Origin: a virus
Length of the DNA: 64,000 nucleotides
IMG/VR virus record: IMGVR_UViG_3300047489_000453
Location: 1-64,000 of that record
Direction: 5' to 3' (one strand)
Below the pieces are notes generated by a model. It worked only from the letters and a program-made list of their open reading frames with translations. It made no database searches and was not told the DNA's origin. This document shows, piece by piece, positions 56,001 through 61,909 of this stretch; the first letter of the stretch is position 1, and each line of letters begins with the position of its first letter. A program made the position numbers and the translations under genes.

Positions 56001-57457
56001 ACTTTAGTCTTTGATTTATCTATGAGCTGGTTTGGAAACGCTATTACTGACTGGGCCATCTCTTGCGGAGTTTTCCAAACTTCATCACCTGTTCTTACAT
56101 CTCTAAACTTAGAATAAACTTTTCCGTCTACGCCTTTGCGGGCGTTTGTAGCTATTCTGCTATCAATACCCACCTTAAGTGACTCTGGCGTAAGCAGAGG
56201 ATCTATGTAGCCAAAGTGAGATGGCTGAACGTTTCTAGCTTCTTCTGGAACAGCTTGCAAGGAAGGAATGCCGCCTTCGCCGAGACGACTTACTCTGGTG
56301 ATTTGATTTAATAAATCAGCTGGATTTACTTCTTCAAGAGGCTGGCCCAAGCCGCTTTTCATAATAGCGGAATTAACCTGTGAAGATAAAAATCCAGGAG
56401 CAAATGGCGATAAGTTTTGTTTAAAGCTGGCCTTCCACAGCAGAGGGCGCATAACTTTATAAGCAGCCCTAATTCTTTCAGTAAATAAATCTTCAGGGCC
56501 ATACAGATTCTGATAGGCCATGGCGTCTCTGTCGTCTGGATCTGCCTCTTTTCTATGCACAGCTAATATTCTTTTTGTGGCTGCCAACACTGAATCAACT
56601 GACAAGTTAGAGAAGCCTTTACCTAAAGTTGCAGCCGTAACTTCTGGATCAAGCTCCATTTTTGTCATGGCAGCTGCTACGGCTTTAGCTTTACTTTCTT
56701 CGGTCATGGCCTCGCCAGGCTGTAGTCTTCCTATCTTTTTGAAGATCTTGTCTAGGTATTGAGGATCATTTTTAACTGCGTTTGAAGCGTATATCTCATT
56801 TCCCCACGCTTCCCTAATCTGCTTATCGCTAGCGCCCATAGCTTTAAGAACTGGCATAAGAGGCACATTAGACTGGCCAAATGAAATATTAAACACGCCC
56901 TTTTCTGGGCTTAAAGAGTATCTATGAGATAGCCCCTTGCCAGGCATTACGTTTACGTGGCTTTCAACGTCGCCGCTATTTGTTATTCTTGTAAATACAC
57001 CCGGCCTTAGCCTCATCTGGTTAGCCAAGGTATACTCAGTGCCGTTTACTATATAAGTTCCTCTATCTGTTAGGTAGGGAATCTTAGCTATAGTTGTCCT
57101 CTTGCTTTCAAGCACCTTGCCCGTACTATTATCGATTAGATTTATTGTACCTTTGAGGCCGCGACTGAGAGTTTCGCCTTTTAATATGGCTTCTTTTTGA
57201 GTCTTTATAGGCTTTACCTCTTCAGGGTCGCCCCAGCCTACATCTGTAATTGATAGAGTGTGTCTCTGGTTACTGAGAGGCTGTAACGACGAGGCTGCTG
57301 TCTGAACTCCGTTAAATATTGCAGCTCTAGTAGCCTTTATGTCATCAAACCCTCTCATGGAAGGGGCTTGCATAGAAGGAACTAAGCCGACCATTTTATT
57401 GGCCGGCTTAGGAATGAGGCCGCTGCTATCTGGCTGATCGGGAAGTACGCCGGCCAT
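53006..57457 (-). CDS. Phage multisubunit RNA polymerase: beta subunit fused to the beta' N-terminal (catalytic) half
   Basis: Beta motifs GTYIVNGTE, SRLGEGG, GYNFEDA, GDKLSGRYGDKGVIS, LKLHH; junction after LQASGINP near 54420; beta' motifs PVLPPVFRP, LLGSQVD, RAPILHR, and NADFDGD at 53276-53296. Confidence 0.95.
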   Translation of the reverse strand: MAGVLPDQPDSSGLIPKPANKMVGLVPSMQAPSMRGFDDIKATRAAIFNGVQTAASSLQPLSNQRHTLSITDVGWGDPEEVKPIKTQKEAILKGETLSRGLKGTINLIDNSTGKVLESKRTTIAKIPYLTDRGTYIVNGTEYTLANQMRLRPGVFTRITNSGDVESHVNVMPGKGLSHRYSLSPEKGVFNISFGQSNVPLMPVLKAMGASDKQIREAWGNEIYASNAVKNDPQYLDKIFKKIGRLQPGEAMTEESKAKAVAAAMTKMELDPEVTAATLGKGFSNLSVDSVLAATKRILAVHRKEADPDDRDAMAYQNLYGPEDLFTERIRAAYKVMRPLLWKASFKQNLSPFAPGFLSSQVNSAIMKSGLGQPLEEVNPADLLNQITRVSRLGEGGIPSLQAVPEEARNVQPSHFGYIDPLLTPESLKVGIDSRIATNARKGVDGKVYSKFRDVRTGDEVWKTPQEMAQSVIAFPNQLIDKSKTKVAAMAGGKIKYVDRQDVDFELPRMDSAFNHLANMVPLKSATFGQRVVMGSRMLTQALPLKNPEAPLVQSGKLGEEDKSYEEEYGKHMGAAYSDVDGQVIYADNDEVRIRGTDGKLYKQEIYNNLPFNRKTFLHNTPTVKVGDMVKKGGLLARSNYTDEKGTAALGINLRTAYIPYKGYNFEDAVVISESAAKKLTSEHMYQHQAEFGKETKEGKRGFLTLFPSDYSRQVVDSLDDDGAIKPGTVVRKGDPLFLQAKILSRSHNQQIGRSKTGFSNASITWDHENDGVVTDVTKTNKGVSVTVKSLSSSKEGDKLSGRYGDKGVISAVIPDSKMPRDSEGNPFDILLNPLGVISRTNPSQMIEAALGKIAAKTGKRYAVKDFENIQDLTEFALNELKKNNMSDKEDIEDPETGRKIKGIFTGNRFFLKLHHTSESKGQGRGIGSGGYTSEETPAKGGEEGSKRVSLMDVNALLSHGAHEVLRDAGAIRGQKNEDYWASFMTGGPLPIPRVPLTYRKFMAQLQASGINPVRSGTKTQLMALTDKDIDSLSGNREIKKSDTVDWGKGLEPAGGGLFDVSLTGGHGGNMWSHIKLHEAMPNPVMEDPIRRVLGLTENKFRDVLAGKEQLGGASGPSAIANALKSMNVDQEIAKARAIIASGKKSYRDDAVRKLSYLKSAKNLKIHPSEWMLTKVPVLPPVFRPVSIMSNNGLPMVGDANYLYKELIDVNNEFREASKSFSDLSQHRLALYDSFKAITGLGDSVNPKLEKKNVKGILKQVFGDNPKFGVVQRKLLGSQVDMVGRAAITPNPDLDMDEVGLPEDRAWSVYKPFIMRRLIRRGVDRFKAADMIDKKDNMARDAMVAEMDARPVIVTRAPILHRYGVMAFKPKLVKGSTLQVSPIIVKGFNADFDGDAMNYHVPSTDEAVKDAMEKMLPSRNLMAAKSFKVHQLPANEYQGGLYAASAAPSKRPEKYFKTKADAIRAYRSGDIDINDRVVIMETGK

Positions 57458-57459
57458 GC

Positions 57460-58560
57460 TTATCTCCCTAGATGTGCGATAGGATTATTATTTTCTTGTT
57501 TTTTAGCACTAGGAATAGGCGTAGGAGTGACGTAAATAGGAGACCCTTGCTCCTGCTGCCTTTGCAGAAACTCAGCTAAATACCTATTAGATTCGTACGG
57601 CTCTGTATCTTCTGCTTTAGCTCTTCTTAGACCATGGTATGTGCCTATTCCACCACCAATGAGCCCTAATGCCCCAGTCAAGCCTAAAGCGGCTCTTCCT
57701 TGTTGAGTACCTAGAAGAAAGTTATTAGTTCTGCCAGCTACGTCCATAAGAGCCTTAATCCCTTTAGACAGGCCTGTGCTAGCTAGGTCCCATGGCGACA
57801 TTCCATTTCTCGCTATATCATCTATTTCTTGCTGGCTCTTTCCGGCTAGGCCGAGCCGCCCAGCCCACCGTTCAAGCGTAGGAGCGCCTGCTAAAGGGTC
57901 ATTAGACACATCTACGACCCCTTTACCGCCAGCAGCTTTCTCTATGTACAATTCTGATAGTTCGTCTAAATCATTAATTATCTCTTCAGAGACGGAAGCA
58001 GCTTTTGCTCGAACGGCCTCAACTGGATTATTTAACTTACTGGCACTAGTCTCCACTAGAGTCTTATTAAACGCCTCTCTAGCTATGTCTTGGTCATCTT
58101 GTACGTCTTTTTTTCGTTTATTTTTTAAAAGTTGGCTTAAGGTCAAGTAGCTAAGTAGTCCTGGTCCGCCCATAGCAGTGACGACGCCAGGTAAAAAATA
58201 TGGATTAGTAAGATTCTTCCAGTCGTATAAGTTAGAGACTGGAGCAGATGCAGTGTCTCCTGCCTTCTTTTCATTTTTAGGTTTAACTTCGTAGTCTTCC
58301 CCTGGACTAAAGTCTCTTAATTTATCAGATCTTTTGTCTGGTTTTCTCCCCATTTCTTTGGAAAGGTCGACTCCTTCTGGCTCAGAATCCATTCCAACAA
58401 CAGGAAGATACGCAGAATACCCTAAAGATTCCGGTAAAACAGCTGGGGTGGACCCGCGCAGTAAATGCTTAATAGCAGGTATACTAGACCCTACTCCAAG
58501 AGATATAAGGCCAAGCTTTTTAAGATAATCCCACTGCTGCGGCGTATACATGTCAGACAT
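57460..58560 (-). CDS. Membrane/glycine-zipper protein (putative ejection protein)
   Basis: Hydrophobic Gly-rich helices separated by EKKAG, AKAAS, EKAAG; no Cys. Confidence 0.55.
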   Translation of the reverse strand: MSDMYTPQQWDYLKKLGLISLGVGSSIPAIKHLLRGSTPAVLPESLGYSAYLPVVGMDSEPEGVDLSKEMGRKPDKRSDKLRDFSPGEDYEVKPKNEKKAGDTASAPVSNLYDWKNLTNPYFLPGVVTAMGGPGLLSYLTLSQLLKNKRKKDVQDDQDIAREAFNKTLVETSASKLNNPVEAVRAKAASVSEEIINDLDELSELYIEKAAGGKGVVDVSNDPLAGAPTLERWAGRLGLAGKSQQEIDDIARNGMSPWDLASTGLSKGIKALMDVAGRTNNFLLGTQQGRAALGLTGALGLIGGGIGTYHGLRRAKAEDTEPYESNRYLAEFLQRQQEQGSPIYVTPTPIPSAKKQENNNPIAHLGR

Positions 58561-58568
58561 TAGATCAC

Positions 58569-58919
58569 CTATTTCCTATTAACAATTTGACCCTTAACTT
58601 CTGCCCATTCCATATGAACGGATATCGTTTTATTATCCTCTGATATTAGCTTGGTTCTATCAAGCTGAATACAGGCCTTATTGGCTATGAGGTCCCTAAC
58701 CTTAGTATACTCGTCAAGGTCCTCTTTCTTAGTTAAATCAAATATCCTTACCTTAACGTCCAACTGCAACGGAATATTTTCATACTCCTCTTGCGTCGTA
58801 TTAGGCGCCATAGGTCCGCCTAATATAGGATACCCCTGGGATGTAGTTCCTGTTTTCTGCCTGTACTTAACTCCAACTCCGCCCAGGCCAAATTGGTTAA
58901 GTATTCCTAATTCCCTCAT
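58569..58919 (-). CDS. Hypothetical protein
   Basis: 116 aa ORF in the operon. Confidence 0.6.
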   Translation of the reverse strand: MRELGILNQFGLGGVGVKYRQKTGTTSQGYPILGGPMAPNTTQEEYENIPLQLDVKVRIFDLTKKEDLDEYTKVRDLIANKACIQLDRTKLISEDNKTISVHMEWAEVKGQIVNRK

Positions 58920-58933
58920 GTTTTAGCGTCTTT

Positions 58934-59842
58934 CTAATATCTGGTTATGCCGGATATATTCTTAGATCTTTCTTTTCTTCTTTTAGCTAGTTCCGTGTTC
59001 TTTTTGAGCATGTCAGCTTGTCTTTCATACTCTCTAGTCAGCTCTTCTTTTAGTATTTCATCCCTGTTTGGCAGGTTGGGCTTAGTTACATTATGGATCA
59101 TGGGGCCTAGTCCGTAGTAGCCAGCGGCGGTAGGGAGAGCTATAGCGCCTAGCCCGAAAAGACCGTACGCCTTTCCAAGAGTCTTTAAAACGTCAGCTCC
59201 AAACCCTATTAAGTCTGTAAGAGCTTTCTTTTCAAAAGAAGCTTTAACTTTTGCAGTATGAAGGGCTGTTTTAACTCTCTCAGAAATCTGGTCTATGCTA
59301 AGGCCGTCTTCAACACACTTAGCTAAAAAGGCTGCTTTAAACATTTGTTTTTCGTCCATAGCACTCCCCTGCTTACGAGAAAGCCCAGGCTGAGCTGTAG
59401 TCGTGCCCATTTGAGGCTGCCCGCCAGTCCTGGTTATAGTACCCTTGTTCAAATCAACAGTTGCTCCGCCTTGAACAGGCTTGATCTGTGCGCCTGACAT
59501 AGATGTCAAAGGAAGACCAGACAGGCCTCCAGTAGAAGCTCCTAACATATTTCCTACAAAGCTGCCGACATTAGTTGAGGCCGTTGTGGCTCTAGGGTCT
59601 ACGGTAGGCTTAAGCCTTCCTTGTGCAGCCATTTGCTTTACTGCCGGCAAAGGATACCTGTTAACAGCTTCCCTTAGGTTAGCTGGCTGCTGCATCCAAT
59701 TGGTGCCTTTTTGGTCGACTCCAAAGTTCTCTACCAAGTACTTTTGGGTGCTTGGATGAAGCTGGTTCCAGCTGCCTACCGGGTTAGTATTCCTAACTCC
59801 AGGAGATATATTAATTGATTCGTACGGGCCTGGTTGTGGCAT
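58934..59842 (-). CDS. Putative ejection/internal protein with a C-terminal hydrophobic helix
   Basis: FEKKA followed by GLFGLGAIALPTAAGYYGLG and a basic coiled tail. Confidence 0.5.
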   Translation of the reverse strand: MPQPGPYESINISPGVRNTNPVGSWNQLHPSTQKYLVENFGVDQKGTNWMQQPANLREAVNRYPLPAVKQMAAQGRLKPTVDPRATTASTNVGSFVGNMLGASTGGLSGLPLTSMSGAQIKPVQGGATVDLNKGTITRTGGQPQMGTTTAQPGLSRKQGSAMDEKQMFKAAFLAKCVEDGLSIDQISERVKTALHTAKVKASFEKKALTDLIGFGADVLKTLGKAYGLFGLGAIALPTAAGYYGLGPMIHNVTKPNLPNRDEILKEELTREYERQADMLKKNTELAKRRKERSKNISGITRY

Positions 59843-59844
59843 GA

Positions 59845-60207
59845 TTACCCCAGAATAATACCTGACTTAGTGACACCTTTTACAGCGCCTGATGACCATA
59901 TTTTACGGTTATCGTGTGCAAGCTGCTCGGCCACCTTTGGGTCAGTAGGATCGCCTTGTTCTTTAGCTTCTTGAATGCAGAGCATGATGTCTCTGGCTGC
60001 TTCAATAAGCTTCTTCTTCTCATCCTGGTAGGTGGCCCTTGAAGCCTCTTCAAACAAGGCTTTGGCCCTAGGCCTCATAACAGAGGTAAGCTCTGCTTTT
60101 TGTGAGCCATCCCTTCCGTCATATATCTGCACAAACCCATCTTCTGCCCAGAATTCAATCTGGTTGTACTTGTAAATCTTCTTCGTATGAATCTGCGGCG
60201 CTTCCAT
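59845..60207 (-). CDS. Hypothetical protein
   Basis: 120 aa with a GGAAGGA RBS. Confidence 0.6.
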   Translation of the reverse strand: MEAPQIHTKKIYKYNQIEFWAEDGFVQIYDGRDGSQKAELTSVMRPRAKALFEEASRATYQDEKKKLIEAARDIMLCIQEAKEQGDPTDPKVAEQLAHDNRKIWSSGAVKGVTKSGIILG

Positions 60208-60294
60208 GACGGTCCTTCCAGGTTAATACTAACAATATTAATATAATGCAGCCACGCTGTCATCTGATCTTTTGACTAAGCATTATAATGTTTG

Positions 60295-61821
60295 CTACTG
60301 GCCGAACAAGCCCGGAACAACTGATTTAACAGCCCCGGCTATAACTCCAGCTGTTTGTAACGTTTTTTGAGCTTCTGGAGTGAGCCCGGCTAGAGCCCCC
60401 AAGACTTTTCCGCCAATCGTAGCCTGTACGTATCCTGCGCCCATTCCAAGACCTATTCTGGCTATGTCCATAGGACTTACGTATCTAGACGGACCGCCTA
60501 TATTGCTGGCAGCGTTTACAACTCCAAGTGTAGCCGCCTGCATTGGAGGTGCTATAAATGGGTCGTTTAAAACTAGCCTATTAAACGCGTCTACAGGAAT
60601 GGGCTCAAGGCTTATTGAAGGCGCGCCAAACCCGCCGCCGAAGCCTCCACCAAACATGTCGGCCGCTTTTTGCATCTCTTCTGATATCTCAGGCTGAATA
60701 GCTTTTAGGCAGGCACTTGCTTTGTTTATAAATGAATTGCCTTGGGCATTAACTGGATTGCCGTATATAACGTTAGGTCGTATAAACGCTCTCCAGCTTC
60801 CTTTGTCCCTTTCGGGATTATATTTACTATCCCAGGTAGAGACGCCTAAAGCGCCTAGCCCGGCTCCAGGTAGAGTTCCAAGAGCGCCAGCCAGCATAGC
60901 CAGCCTCTTTCTTGATTTGTTCTTTTCAAACACGCCTGGAGCTAAGGATTCGGCTATAGTGCCTGCTCCATATCCTACTCCTGCGGATAAAAGTCCGCCT
61001 GCTAGCATAGCAGCTAGTGGGGTAGGTCCTCCTATGGCGTTTGAGAACCTAGACGGCTTAAGCATAAGCATTTTGGCAGCCGGGCCAAATACGTCTGACA
61101 TTAACAAGTCTCTGGCGCTCTTGACCATGATCCATGGTGGGCCTTCAGTAAGACTGTCTTCAGGCTGACAAATATCGTGAGCTATGGCTTCTTTCTCAAG
61201 ACAAGTGGAGACGTGTCCACTTTTCTCTACGACTACCCTGCTATCGAACGGATTAATCCAGGCGTATGTCCCTGGCAGCAAAGCATTTGCGACTTTATAG
61301 TAGGTGTCTCTTACAGCATTGGCATACACCAAAACCTGGTCTGGTACATCATCCCAAGTTAAATTATTTGCAGATTTCATTGTTGGTACTTGCCACTTTA
61401 CGGAAGGCGGAATAATATTCCTAGGTACATGAATTTTAAAAGACGTAGGTACGTGAGTTATGCCAACATATTTGTTATTCAATACTGAATCAATTACAAA
61501 CTCATCAGGGTACTGTTCCATCATACCCCTTAGTATCTTGTTCTTTTCCTCGTAGTTTTTCTCATCAGAAAACTTTTTTGCCTTAAGCAAAATATTAAGT
61601 GCTGATTTGGGGTCTCTTTTTTTAGATTCCTCAGAGGCAGGCTCAGGTAACGGCTGTTGCTCAGTCTGTTGCTCAGTGCCTGGTTGGCTGACTGGTTTTG
61701 GTGGATCTAGTGGTTCTGGCGGAGGTTCTTGTTGTGTTACGGGAAGAGGAGGTTCCTCAGGCTTAGGTGGCGCCGTGGGTACTGGCGGGGTAGACGGTGG
61801 TAACGGTAGTTCTGCCTGCAT
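60295..61821 (-). CDS. Multi-module glycine-zipper protein (start reassigned to ATG 61821)
   Basis: GGAGGA RBS before MQAELP; Pro-rich N-terminus; several Gly-zipper helices; MKSA, YKVA, EKEA, VKSA, NKAS, QKAA. Confidence 0.6.
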   Translation of the reverse strand: MQAELPLPPSTPPVPTAPPKPEEPPLPVTQQEPPPEPLDPPKPVSQPGTEQQTEQQPLPEPASEESKKRDPKSALNILLKAKKFSDEKNYEEKNKILRGMMEQYPDEFVIDSVLNNKYVGITHVPTSFKIHVPRNIIPPSVKWQVPTMKSANNLTWDDVPDQVLVYANAVRDTYYKVANALLPGTYAWINPFDSRVVVEKSGHVSTCLEKEAIAHDICQPEDSLTEGPPWIMVKSARDLLMSDVFGPAAKMLMLKPSRFSNAIGGPTPLAAMLAGGLLSAGVGYGAGTIAESLAPGVFEKNKSRKRLAMLAGALGTLPGAGLGALGVSTWDSKYNPERDKGSWRAFIRPNVIYGNPVNAQGNSFINKASACLKAIQPEISEEMQKAADMFGGGFGGGFGAPSISLEPIPVDAFNRLVLNDPFIAPPMQAATLGVVNAASNIGGPSRYVSPMDIARIGLGMGAGYVQATIGGKVLGALAGLTPEAQKTLQTAGVIAGAVKSVVPGLFGQ

Positions 61822-61909
61822 AGTATCCTCCAACACAAATAGTACCAATTCTTGAGGGTCCAATCTATAGTTTAGGTTTAACAATTTTACCTTTAGGAGG
61901 GTAGTTTCA

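Noticed and set aside
47680-57457. Cellular rpoB-rpoC operon or host contamination
   Set aside because: No ribosomal protein neighbours, strong divergence, lost zinc sites, and translational coupling to phage genes.
2708-61855. Many plus-strand ORFs of 60-218 aa in the ORF track
   Set aside because: They lie antisense to long, motif-bearing minus-strand genes and show no recognisable domains; treated as shadow ORFs.
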